DNA of 64,000 nucleotides from a virus (IMGVR_UViG_3300037515_000591:1-64000), one strand, 5' to 3'. Shown: positions 36,373-43,985, numbered from the stretch's first letter. Notes: generated by a model from the letters alone, not told the origin. Program-made: numbers and translations.

Positions 36373-36638
36373 GCAACGGCACCGGCTTCGACCGCGACCC
36401 CGAGGCCCTGGCATGGGCACGCAGCAAGGTCGACGTGTTCCTGACCCGCCTCGTCAGCTTCGAGGACCAAGCCGCCGCCGAAGACGACCTGACTACCGTG
36501 CACGCTTGTCGAGTGTCGCGCCGGATCGCTGAGCTGCACTTCCTTGGCGATGGTGACCGCCAGGTCGGGGCTTTCGACGAGCGTCTTCCTGGACTGGCCG
36601 ACGGAGGCCCAACCCCTGGCGAGGAGACCACCACATGA
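36369..36638 (+). CDS. hypothetical protein
   Basis: ATG 36369 in ATGA overlap. Confidence 0.45.
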   Translation: MSNGTGFDRDPEALAWARSKVDVFLTRLVSFEDQAAAEDDLTTVHACRVSRRIAELHFLGDGDRQVGAFDERLPGLADGGPTPGEETTT

Positions 36639-37033
36639 GCGACCGCGAGAACATCCTCTGCCACCTCATGGTCATCTTCTACGACAACACCCAAGGACTC
36701 GGCCTCTGCGGCTGCGGCAACCCCGAAGCCGCCTACGACCTCGTACGCGACCTCCTCAGCCTCGCCCCGTTCTACGAAGACTCCCACTGGAAGACCGCCG
36801 AAGCCCTGACCGGGAACATCCCCGGCGCCCATCACATCGTCCTCGGCGCCATGGACCGAGCCGGGCTGATCGAGCACGGATCGAGCCAGAACGGGGCGTG
36901 GCTCACGGACAAGGGCGAGTGGTGTCTCGCTGCGATGCGGACGGCGGAATTCGACGACCTCGATCAGCAGGGCTATCCGCACGATGGTGATGCGTGCACG
37001 GACGCCTGCTGGCGCCTACCCGTCGACGTGTAG
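36635..37033 (+). CDS. hypothetical Cys-containing protein
   Basis: 132 aa; LCGCGNPE motif; ATGA overlap. Confidence 0.5.
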   Translation: MSDRENILCHLMVIFYDNTQGLGLCGCGNPEAAYDLVRDLLSLAPFYEDSHWKTAEALTGNIPGAHHIVLGAMDRAGLIEHGSSQNGAWLTDKGEWCLAAMRTAEFDDLDQQGYPHDGDACTDACWRLPVDV

Positions 37034-37048
37034 CCCGCCGCATGACGA

Positions 37049-37081
37049 AGGCCTCGCCGTCGGGGGGACGCGGCGAGGCCT
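37049..37081. terminator. bidirectional terminator between convergent units
   Basis: perfect 11-bp stem AGGCCTCGCCG/CGGCGAGGCCT, 11-nt loop, between stops at 37033 (+) and 37133 (-). Confidence 0.65.
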
Positions 37082-37132
37082 CCAGGGGGTGCCGGGCGCT
37101 ACCTGGCGCGCAGCCTTCAGTGTGGCAGGCGG

Positions 37133-37273
37133 TCAGCCTTTCGGCTTGCCGGGGACGGGCTTCTTGGCCTTCGGGTAGTAGCCGCCTCGCGACGCCTGGT
37201 ACTCGGTCGGCTGCTTCTCGTAGTCCGGGATCCGGTTGGGGTCGCGGGTCGGCCAGTTCTTGGGCAGCGCCAT
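37133..37273 (-). CDS. small basic peptide (46 aa)
   Basis: ATG 37273 after AGGAG; MALPKNWPTRDPNRIPDYEKQPTEYQ...KKPVPGKPKG. Confidence 0.4.
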   Translation of the reverse strand: MALPKNWPTRDPNRIPDYEKQPTEYQASRGGYYPKAKKPVPGKPKG

Positions 37274-37359
37274 GATGGGGCTCCTGTCTCGCGTGTCGGG
37301 ATGGGACCGGGGCGGCCGGTTAGCTGGCAGGCAGGCGGCCGCCCCGGGGTCTTGTGGGC

Positions 37360-37608
37360 TCAGCGGCCCCAGCAGTTCGCCAGCAGCAGCGCCAGGAAAA
37401 ACAGCAGCGCCCAGAACGAACCCGACGGCAGACACCCGTCGCCGCGGGCTTCCGCATGCACGTGACGGACCTCGTCGCCACCGGCCGGCGCGAGCCCTCC
37501 GTGCGCGTCCCGGCGATGGGCGGCGCCTTCGTCCATGGCGTCCGCTTCGCGGGCGCGGCGCTCCGGGGAGACCGCGTCACAGGCCCGACAGAAGTACTCG
37601 TACGGCAT
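37360..37608 (-). CDS. small C-terminally membrane-anchored protein
   Basis: 82 aa; CRAC motif, C-terminal FWALLFFLALLLANCW. Confidence 0.45.
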   Translation of the reverse strand: MPYEYFCRACDAVSPERRAREADAMDEGAAHRRDAHGGLAPAGGDEVRHVHAEARGDGCLPSGSFWALLFFLALLLANCWGR

Positions 37609-37638
37609 CAGGGTCTCCGGGGGGCAGTAGGCGCGCGT

Positions 37639-38709
37639 CTACGATGACTTGACTAGACGGCCGTTGATCACGTCGTACCTGTGCACCCCTGGGCCGTTCC
37701 CCTTCGGGGTGCGTACGCCGGGCCGTACGTTGATGTCGGCCTTGTCGAGAAGGTCTCGCACGGCCTTGGTGTCCCCGAGACCGAAGCGTTCACGAACCGT
37801 AGTGAGCAGTACTCCCCTGTCGTCGCCTACTAGCCGGGCAACGGCCGCTCTCACCTGGTCCGAGCTTGCGGTAGCAGCATCGAACGAATCGTCTCCCGTA
37901 TCGGCGAAGACCTTGCGAGAGTGCCCAGGCCCAGGGCACGGGCTGATGAAGCCGCGTTGTTCCAAGGCGTCCAGCAGCTTCGCGGCCCTGGAAAAGCCGA
38001 TCTTTAGACGTTGCTGGAGCATGGTCGCCGAGGCGATGCCGGTAGAGGTGACCAACTCTGCTGCCTGCGCCAAGAGGTCGTCTGTCTGCCTCTTGCGCAG
38101 ATCGAAAGCCTCGGCCTCGCTCGGGTTGTGACTTGCTACGAATTGCTTGATGTCTCGCGTGTACTTGAACCACTCGCTCCGTCGGACTCGCGCGTCCTTG
38201 AAGCGGTCGTGCAGCGCGGCTTCGAGTTCCCTGCCACCAGCCAGGGTCAGCGCGACGTTCTCCTTCGGCTGGGCCAGAGACGACAGGCGTCCGCCCAAGT
38301 TCGTCGAATAGCCGATCTTGACCCGGTCTCCGTTCGCGATGAAGTAGACGACCGGCTCGTGAGGTCCGCTGAATACGGGCTGAACGGCTTTACCGAAGAC
38401 TGGCTGCTGGACTGTCCCTGATGCGGCAGCCGCCAGCATCTCCGGGACGATGGAGATGGCCACCTGCATCCGGTGCCGCTGGCACAGCGCTACGGGAACG
38501 GTGGACGTCACGATGTCGGTGCACGGCTGCCCGCTGTCGGCCGCAAGGCAGCGCGCGCTAAGGTCGGTCATGTCGATCTCCTTTGCAGATCGGCCATGCC
38601 CCGGGACCGTTGGCGCGGTCGCCGGGGTCAGTCTTTGGTTGTGTCTCAAGTATCCCATGTGCACCACCTGTTGAGAGCCATCCGGCATGCCTAGAAGCGC
38701 GTAGATCAT
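37639..38709 (-). CDS. T5orf172 (GIY-YIG-related) domain - FtsK gamma domain fusion protein
   Basis: VVYFIANGDRVKIGYSTNLGGRLSSL...EAALHDRF...SEWF; ASATMLQQRLKIGFSRAAKLLDALEQRGFIS; ATG 38709 in ATGA overlap. Confidence 0.75.
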   Translation of the reverse strand: MIYALLGMPDGSQQVVHMGYLRHNQRLTPATAPTVPGHGRSAKEIDMTDLSARCLAADSGQPCTDIVTSTVPVALCQRHRMQVAISIVPEMLAAAASGTVQQPVFGKAVQPVFSGPHEPVVYFIANGDRVKIGYSTNLGGRLSSLAQPKENVALTLAGGRELEAALHDRFKDARVRRSEWFKYTRDIKQFVASHNPSEAEAFDLRKRQTDDLLAQAAELVTSTGIASATMLQQRLKIGFSRAAKLLDALEQRGFISPCPGPGHSRKVFADTGDDSFDAATASSDQVRAAVARLVGDDRGVLLTTVRERFGLGDTKAVRDLLDKADINVRPGVRTPKGNGPGVHRYDVINGRLVKSS

Positions 38710-39449
38710 GTGGTCTTCACCTCCTCTCCAACCCCGGAGAGCGGCGGAGAATCGGCGCTCTGACCTGCATCTCCACCGGAATCCACAGGCGACTCTCCAT
38801 CGGAGGGGAGGAGGGCCTCGACGTCGCCTCGGCGGACCCCTGAGCGGCCCGCGACTCGGCCCAGGCGGAGGCTGCGATGGACGGGCACATCGAAGGCCCG
38901 GAGTAGGGCCCTCAACTCGGCGTCCGTACGCCCCTCGTGCCCAGGCAGTTCGCGCATCGCCGGGTACAGCTCGCGGAGGTGGATTCCGGGCCGCTTGCCG
39001 ATGGTGTCGAGGAGCCATTGGGCGAGCGCGTGTCGGGGGTCTGCGGGGGCGTCCTCGGCGGCCTCCGGCTGGGTCTCGTCGGGGGTACGTGCGGTGCGCC
39101 GCTCGGTCCATGCGGTTGCCCGGTCGAGGTACTCCTTCGGGATGAACAGGAGCACCGCGGCCAGCCAGGCGAGGATGATGCCGGCCGCGGTCCAGCCGCC
39201 GTAGAAGCCGACCGCCCACACGGCGACGACGTGGACGCCCCACGCCCAGCCGGTGCCGAAGCGGGCGGCGATCCACGAGCTCGGCCCGCACACACCCAGG
39301 AGCAGCGCGCCGAGGCTGCCGGGCGGCTCGGCCGGCGCCTCATCGACGACGGGCTCGGTCTCTTCGTCCAGCTCATCGACCACCTCGTCGAGGTCCTCCT
39401 CGACGGGCGCCGGCTCGGGCTGGTGTTTCCGCAGGCTGAAGTACGTCAT
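38706..39449 (-). CDS. membrane protein with acidic N-terminus and cytoplasmic winged-helix-like C-terminus
   Basis: ATG 39449 in ATGA overlap; TM segments VHVVAVWAVGFYGGW and IILAWLAAVLLFI; tail GIHLRELY...LRALLRAFDVPV...GRSGVRRGDV. Confidence 0.55.
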   Translation of the reverse strand: MTYFSLRKHQPEPAPVEEDLDEVVDELDEETEPVVDEAPAEPPGSLGALLLGVCGPSSWIAARFGTGWAWGVHVVAVWAVGFYGGWTAAGIILAWLAAVLLFIPKEYLDRATAWTERRTARTPDETQPEAAEDAPADPRHALAQWLLDTIGKRPGIHLRELYPAMRELPGHEGRTDAELRALLRAFDVPVHRSLRLGRVAGRSGVRRGDVEALLPSDGESPVDSGGDAGQSADSPPLSGVGEEVKTT

Positions 39450-39850
39450 GCCAGGTTCGCCCCCAGGTCGGCGATCGCGTCGGAGATGTACGCCCACGTG
39501 CCGCCTGCACCTGCGGCGATGTACCAGAAGAAGATCCCCAGGACGCCGATCTGCTTCGTCGTCAGCCGCTTGAACAGAATGAAGATCGCCATGGACAGGG
39601 CGAGCGCGGGCATCGTCACGCCGGGGATCACATCGTTGACGGTCGCGATGAGGCTGCCCACGAAGTCCGGGACGAACTTGAAGAAGCCTCCGGCCGCCTT
39701 ATAGGCGGACCCGGCGAGCATCGACAGAATCAGGGTGGGCCACCAGCCGAGCGGCTTCAACCGGCCGCCGCCGGGGATCCCGACGAGCAAGAGCACGGTG
39801 AGGACGACGGCCAGGCCGACGGTGCCGAGGTTGCCGAACACGCTGTTCAC
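39446..39850 (-). CDS. four-TM membrane protein
   Basis: 134 aa, four long hydrophobic segments. Confidence 0.6.
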   Translation of the reverse strand: MNSVFGNLGTVGLAVVLTVLLLVGIPGGGRLKPLGWWPTLILSMLAGSAYKAAGGFFKFVPDFVGSLIATVNDVIPGVTMPALALSMAIFILFKRLTTKQIGVLGIFFWYIAAGAGGTWAYISDAIADLGANLA

Positions 39851-39859
39851 GACGGGTTC

Positions 39860-40570
39860 CTAAGGCTGGTAGCCGGTGCCGTACAGGGCGATACCGGCGA
39901 TGACGGATGAGACGGGGACGGCAGCAGCCCAGGCGACGGGCCACGCCCACGTGCGGGAGCGCCGGTACAGGGCGCAGGCGCAGAACCCGAGGCCGTACAG
40001 GGCGAATGCGGAGGGGCTGGCCCAGTGGCCGTCGGCGTACCAGGCGGCGGTGTCGGTGCCCCAGTCGACCCAGCCGAGCGGCCAGCCTGCTGCGGCGGCG
40101 GTGGCGTGGTAGATGAGCCAGCGGATGCGGTTGGGGATGCGGTCGTAGGCGTCGAGGAGGGATTGGCGGGGCGGGTGGGGCTGGTCGTCGCGGTATGTGG
40201 GGCGGGCGGTGCGGCGCTTGGGCGGCCGTGGGGCGGGGGCCCGGGTCGGGCCGGGGTCCGCGGGTTCTTCTACTGGCTCCGGTTCGTCCTCGGCGGGCTC
40301 CTCGTCGGCCTCGCCGGCGTCGTCGGCGGTGAGGTCGGTGGGCTTGCGGCTCCACCAGTTCGGGAGCCGTGGCGCAGCCCGGCGCGTGGGCGGCCTGGGC
40401 TGCTCGTCGCCGTACAGGTCGTCCCACCACGCGTCTTCCGCTGCGGGCCGGTATCCGTCCGACGGCGGGCCGGGCGGCATGGGTGGTGGCGTGGCGTCCG
40501 GGCCGTCGATGAGACGGCGGAGACTGCCGCGGATACGGAGCTCGTCAGCGCCGGGCTTCGTCTCGCCCAT
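39860..40570 (-). CDS. Pro-rich N-terminus / C-terminal multi-TM protein
   Basis: ATG 40570 (TGATG overlap); first 42 aa paralogous to ORF 40710-40958; C-terminal WLIYHATAAAAGW..., FALYGLGFCACALY, AAAVPVSSVIAGIALYG. Confidence 0.55.
   Translation of the reverse strand: MGETKPGADELRIRGSLRRLIDGPDATPPPMPPGPPSDGYRPAAEDAWWDDLYGDEQPRPPTRRAAPRLPNWWSRKPTDLTADDAGEADEEPAEDEPEPVEEPADPGPTRAPAPRPPKRRTARPTYRDDQPHPPRQSLLDAYDRIPNRIRWLIYHATAAAAGWPLGWVDWGTDTAAWYADGHWASPSAFALYGLGFCACALYRRSRTWAWPVAWAAAVPVSSVIAGIALYGTGYQP
40445..40570 (-). repeat. copy 1 of ~126-nt duplicated 5' coding segment
   Basis: about 75% nucleotide identity by eye to 40833-40958. Confidence 0.6.
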
Positions 40571-40710
40571 CACAGCCCCCACCACATCTGAACGGCGATC
40601 ACGACGGCCATGGCCAGGGAGACGCGGGAGAGGAAACGGGCGTCGGAGGCAGGCGCGCGCCATCCGGCGGCAGCGACGGCCAGGAACCCGCCGAGGAGGA
40701 GGTAGCCCAT
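40570..40710 (-). CDS. 46-aa membrane peptide (not in ORF track)
   Basis: own translation MGYLLLGGFLAVAAAGW...LAMAVVIAVQMWWGL; TGATG overlaps at both ends. Confidence 0.4.
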   Translation of the reverse strand: MGYLLLGGFLAVAAAGWRAPASDARFLSRVSLAMAVVIAVQMWWGL

Positions 40711-40958
40711 CACGCGCCCCTCAGGTAGCGGTTGACGGTCTCCGGCTTGGCGACTGATTCCGGGACGTGCGCGGGGGGCGGGGGTGTGGCGTTGCTGTCG
40801 AGGATGTCGTCGAGCCAGTCCCGCGGGCGCGCGGGCCGGTAGCCGTCAGGTGGCGGCCCAGGCGGCATGGGTGGGGGTTCGACTGTGGGGCCGTCGACGA
40901 GCTTGCGGAGACGGTCCTGGATACGGCGCTCGTCGGCGTCCGGCTTCGCCCCGCTCAT
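40710..40958 (-). CDS. small Pro-rich protein, paralog of the N-terminus of ORF 39860-40570
   Basis: KPDADERRIQDRLRKLVDGPTVEPPPMPPGPPPDGYRP vs KPGADELRIRGSLRRLIDGPDATPPPMPPGPPSDGYRP. Confidence 0.5.
   Translation of the reverse strand: MSGAKPDADERRIQDRLRKLVDGPTVEPPPMPPGPPPDGYRPARPRDWLDDILDSNATPPPPAHVPESVAKPETVNRYLRGA
40833..40958 (-). repeat. copy 2 of ~126-nt duplicated 5' coding segment
   Basis: see 40445-40570. Confidence 0.6.
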
Positions 40959-41974
40959 GACCGCACCTGCCGGGCTTCGCGCAGGTACCGCTTCGCGGTC
41001 GCGGGACTCACGTCCAGGAGCTCAGCGACCTGAGCTGAGGTGAGCCCCGAGTCCTGAGCCACGAGCTCAGCCACCCGCGCCACGCTCTGAGCCCGCTGGG
41101 CCGACTGTGCGGTGAGGTGTGCGGAGAACCCGAAGGCGTGGGCCTCGGGCTCGGCAGCCTGGGCCTGAGGCTCAGGTGCTGCGGCCTGCGACGACGTGAG
41201 AACGATGGGCGCGCCGGACGGGTGAGGCTCAACCATCTGAGCCTCGGGCTCAACCGCCTGAGCCTCGGGCTCGGTGGGCTCATCGCGCCGCGCCTCGGGC
41301 CCTGGCTGAGCTACCTCGATGGCCTGAGCCGCTACCTCATCGAACGCGCGAAGAGACTCGGCAGTTGAGCCGGCCGTCAGGGCGAGTGGCGTACGGCGCT
41401 GGATCTCGGCACGCTTCTCGATCCGCTCCAGGCTGATCTGGAAGTCGGCGTCATCGCGGGCAAGGACGGTGCGCGCTTCAGCCTTGATACGGGCGATCTC
41501 CGCGTCCGCGGCCCGGGTGAGCTGCTCCAGGCCGGCCTCGTGGAGCTGCGCGGTGTACGAGCTGCTGCGCATGACGTCGTGGATCTCGGCCTGCTGCTCC
41601 GGGGTGAGGGCGGCCGGGTCGCGCATCGCGGCGAGCGCGAACACCCACACGATCTTCCCGACGCCCACGACGAACGGCCCAGCGATCGCCTGCCCGCGGG
41701 ATGCTTCGGCTCCGTGGATGACGAGGAGGACGGCGACACCGACGGCGATGGCCCAGCCGGCCAGTGGGGCGGGCCATCGGCGGCCGCCGATGGTGACGCC
41801 CTGGTACTCGGCCCACAGGACGGTGACCCAGCCGATGTCTCCGGCGAGGGCGACGGACAGGCCGAACGGTCCGCTGTGCATGAGGTCGGTGATGGCGTAG
41901 GCGGACCAGATGAGGGAGAGGGCTGCGAGGGCGGCGGCGCCGTAGGTGATGGCGGGCCGACGGGTGGTCTTCAT
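40955..41974 (-). CDS. DUF2637-like four-TM protein with repeat linker and C-terminal HTH
   Basis: ATG 41974; N-terminal TM bundle; EPEAQAVEPEAQMVEP/PEPQAQAAEPEA repeats; C-terminal LTSAQVAELLDVSPATAKRYLREAR. Confidence 0.6.
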   Translation of the reverse strand: MKTTRRPAITYGAAALAALSLIWSAYAITDLMHSGPFGLSVALAGDIGWVTVLWAEYQGVTIGGRRWPAPLAGWAIAVGVAVLLVIHGAEASRGQAIAGPFVVGVGKIVWVFALAAMRDPAALTPEQQAEIHDVMRSSSYTAQLHEAGLEQLTRAADAEIARIKAEARTVLARDDADFQISLERIEKRAEIQRRTPLALTAGSTAESLRAFDEVAAQAIEVAQPGPEARRDEPTEPEAQAVEPEAQMVEPHPSGAPIVLTSSQAAAPEPQAQAAEPEAHAFGFSAHLTAQSAQRAQSVARVAELVAQDSGLTSAQVAELLDVSPATAKRYLREARQVRS

Positions 41975-42105
41975 CGGATCTTCCAGGCGTAGGCGGCGAT
42001 CACAGCGCTGACGAGGAACGGTGCGGGTTGGTCGGTGAGGAGGGCGACGGCGGCGCACACGGTGAAGCCGTAGCGCGCGAGGGGCGTTTGGAAGTGGCGG
42101 CGCAT
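41971..42105 (-). CDS. 44-aa membrane peptide (not in ORF track)
   Basis: ATG 42105 after GGAGG; MRRHFQTPLARYGFTVCAAVALL...VSAVIAAYAWKIR; ATGA overlap with next gene. Confidence 0.4.
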   Translation of the reverse strand: MRRHFQTPLARYGFTVCAAVALLTDQPAPFLVSAVIAAYAWKIR

Positions 42106-42125
42106 CGGGGCCTCCGGGGGTGGGG

Positions 42126-42161
42126 CCGCCGCCCCGCGGGGGGAATGTCGCGGGGCGGCGG
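42126..42161 (-). terminator. strong hairpin opening the membrane module
   Basis: perfect 13-bp stem CCGCCGCCCCGCG/CGCGGGGCGGCGG, 10-nt loop, 13 nt beyond stop at 42174. Confidence 0.55.
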
Positions 42162-42173
42162 CGGTCGGGTGGG

Positions 42174-42386
42174 TTAGCGGGCGCGGTACCAGCCGCCGTG
42201 TCGGTCGCGTTGCCTGTCGGTGTCTTCCCAGGCTTGGCCTTGGCGGGCGGCTCGGGTGGCGCCGTTGTTGCGGTGGCTGCGGCGGCGTTGGCGGGAGGCG
42301 GATGCGGTCGCGGACTCGCGGCCCGGGTATCGGGTTGCTGCGCGTTCGTGGTCGTTGCCGCCGCCGAGGAACTTGGGGAGCCTCAC
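42174..42386 (-). CDS. hypothetical basic protein (70 aa)
   Basis: GTG 42386 in GTGA overlap; Arg-rich, so coding status uncertain. Confidence 0.3.
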   Translation of the reverse strand: MRLPKFLGGGNDHERAATRYPGRESATASASRQRRRSHRNNGATRAARQGQAWEDTDRQRDRHGGWYRAR

Positions 42387-42493
42387 CGGCCGCCGCCTTG
42401 GGTGCCGGTGAGGCAGTGGGCGAGGTTTCGGCATGCCGCGCAGGTCCAGGCGGTGAGGCCGAACCATCCGCCGCAGGTGTCGCACTGGCTCAC
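42383..42493 (-). CDS. 36-aa zinc-ribbon mini-protein (not in track)
   Basis: own translation VSQCDTCGGWFGLTAWTCAACRNLAHCLTGTQGGGR; GTGA overlaps at both ends. Confidence 0.35.
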   Translation of the reverse strand: MSQCDTCGGWFGLTAWTCAACRNLAHCLTGTQGGGR

Positions 42494-42621
42494 AGCGACC
42501 CCCCAGGCGCGCGACGCGGGAGGCTGTCCTCGGGGTGGGGGCGGGGCGCGGGGACCGGGTGACGTTGCGGCATGTCGCCGCCGGGCCGCTGATGCTCGGG
42601 GGTTGGCTGCTGCTCGCTCAT
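42490..42621 (-). CDS. 43-aa Pro-rich peptide (not in track)
   Basis: ATG 42621 in ATGA overlap with upstream stop; weak composition. Confidence 0.25.
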   Translation of the reverse strand: MSEQQPTPEHQRPGGDMPQRHPVPAPRPHPEDSLPRRAPGGSL

Positions 42622-42893
42622 GCGTTCACCGCCCGCAGTTCGGCCGCGTACTGGCCTTGCGTCATCCCGTAAGTCGGGGGCGTGGAAGCGAGAAGGTACT
42701 GCCGCTCGCGGACGCTGCTCGTGTTCCGCTCGGCCTCGCCGATGAGGGTGTTCTCGGTCATCGGGGCGCCCGGGTTGGTGTCGAGCTGGTCGGCGATGCT
42801 GGCGGTTTGGGTATGCATGCGGGTGCGTTCGGTGTCGGTGACTTGCCCGGTCGCCGGGGTGGGCTGTTGCGGTTGCCGCTGGATACGATCCAC
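42618..42893 (-). CDS. hypothetical protein, first gene of leftward unit
   Basis: GTG 42893 ten nt after AGGAG; 91 aa. Confidence 0.45.
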   Translation of the reverse strand: MDRIQRQPQQPTPATGQVTDTERTRMHTQTASIADQLDTNPGAPMTENTLIGEAERNTSSVRERQYLLASTPPTYGMTQGQYAAELRAVNA

Positions 42894-42986
42894 GTGGTCA
42901 TCTCCTGTGTTGGCAGGTGGTGGCTGGCCCCGGCCGGGCTCTCACAACCGACCGGGGCCGTTCTGTTGGTGCTGTACGAACGTAGC

Positions 42987-43013
42987 GACTTATTGCGCTG
43001 AACGCAATAAGTC
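42987..43013. promoter_or_regulatory. operator-like palindrome
   Basis: perfect 11-bp arms GACTTATTGCG / CGCAATAAGTC, 5-nt spacer, 16 nt upstream of ATG 43029 and next to its GGGAGG. Confidence 0.6.
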
Positions 43014-43028
43014 TGGGAGGGTGGCCCC

Positions 43029-43586
43029 ATGCCCGAAGACACGCCACAGGGAGAGGAGCAGCGCGAGATGCTGTCCTTCACCGAGGCTGCCGAACGGCTC
43101 GTCAATGACGGCATCGCCCTGAACATGACCGCCGAAGGACTACGGCGACTCGCCCGTGACCGAAACTCCGGCTGGCCCATCGGCCCCAATGACTACCGGG
43201 TCGTCGGCAAGACGCGGATGCTCCCCTACGAACTGCTCGCGCCGTACATGCGGGAGCGCTATGGGAAGCGGCGAGGGCGTGGCCCGGACACCAAGAAGCG
43301 CAGCCCCAAGTCCCAGTCGCAAGGAGATCCCATGTCCACGACCGTTGATCCGCGTATCGCGATCCTGTCCGCCCTGAACGATCCGCCGTACAACGAGACG
43401 GCCGAGAAGCGGTGCGTGCCGTGGGATGAAGCGGCGCAGCTCCTCAACGCCTACCGGGCGGCCGTCATCCGTGAGGCCGCTGACGCTGTGGCGCAGTTGA
43501 TCGCCGATGGAGAGCACGACCCGGACTGTCTCGTCGACGAGCTGCGCCACCTGGCGCGCAAGACGCCCGAGGTGCGGGATGTCTGA
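43029..43586 (+). CDS. HTH DNA-binding protein (excisionase/MerR-like N-terminus) with possible nested in-frame product
   Basis: LSFTEAAERLVNDGIALNMTAEGLRRLARD; internal AAGGAGA-N5-ATG at 43332 in the same frame. Confidence 0.55.
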   Translation: MPEDTPQGEEQREMLSFTEAAERLVNDGIALNMTAEGLRRLARDRNSGWPIGPNDYRVVGKTRMLPYELLAPYMRERYGKRRGRGPDTKKRSPKSQSQGDPMSTTVDPRIAILSALNDPPYNETAEKRCVPWDEAAQLLNAYRAAVIREAADAVAQLIADGEHDPDCLVDELRHLARKTPEVRDV

Positions 43587-43755
43587 CCGGATGCGGATGC
43601 TGGAGGCCGGTCACGCGTGGATGCGCGGCGAGCTGGACAGCGAGACGTATTTCGCGATGGCGCGGCGTGAGGCGTGGCGTTCTGTGTGGCGGTCGCGGCG
43701 TCCGGCGCGGGCGGGCTGGTGGACGAGGTTGTGGCGTGCGACGACCGGGAAGTAG
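43579..43755 (+). CDS. hypothetical small protein
   Basis: ATG 43579, 8-nt overlap with upstream gene; 58 aa. Confidence 0.4.
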   Translation: MSDRMRMLEAGHAWMRGELDSETYFAMARREAWRSVWRSRRPARAGWWTRLWRATTGK

Positions 43756-43767
43756 CCGCGCGTGACG

Positions 43768-43794
43768 AAGCCCCGACCGATGTGGTCGGGGCTT
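43768..43794. terminator. terminator hairpin
   Basis: 11-bp stem AAGCCCCGACC/GGTCGGGGCTT, 5-nt loop, followed by TCGCTT; 13 nt after plus-strand stop. Confidence 0.6.
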
Positions 43795-43890
43795 TCGCTT
43801 GCCCGCGGTTGCTGTCCACCGGGCGTGTAGCAGCGCGGGGGCCCAGCCATGGAAGCCGCCCGCACCACGAAGCGTATCCGCCGGGTACGA

Positions 43891-43927
43891 CACCGGGCGC
43901 CCGCTCTGGGGGAGCGGGCGCCCGGTG
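43891..43927. terminator. 16-bp perfect hairpin
   Basis: CACCGGGCGCCCGCTC tgggg GAGCGGGCGCCCGGTG. Confidence 0.55.
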
Positions 43928-43985
43928 GTGGCGATCGCGTGTCTCGCACCATCGCCTCTGGGCACCCGAGATGAGGCGCGCCAGG

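Noticed and set aside
37639-39291. Full 550-aa track ORF for the T5orf172-FtsK-gamma protein
   Set aside because: The N-terminal ~190 codons are Arg/Pro/Gly junk overlapping the membrane-protein gene 38706-39449 in another frame. ATG 38709 gives an ATGA-coupled start.
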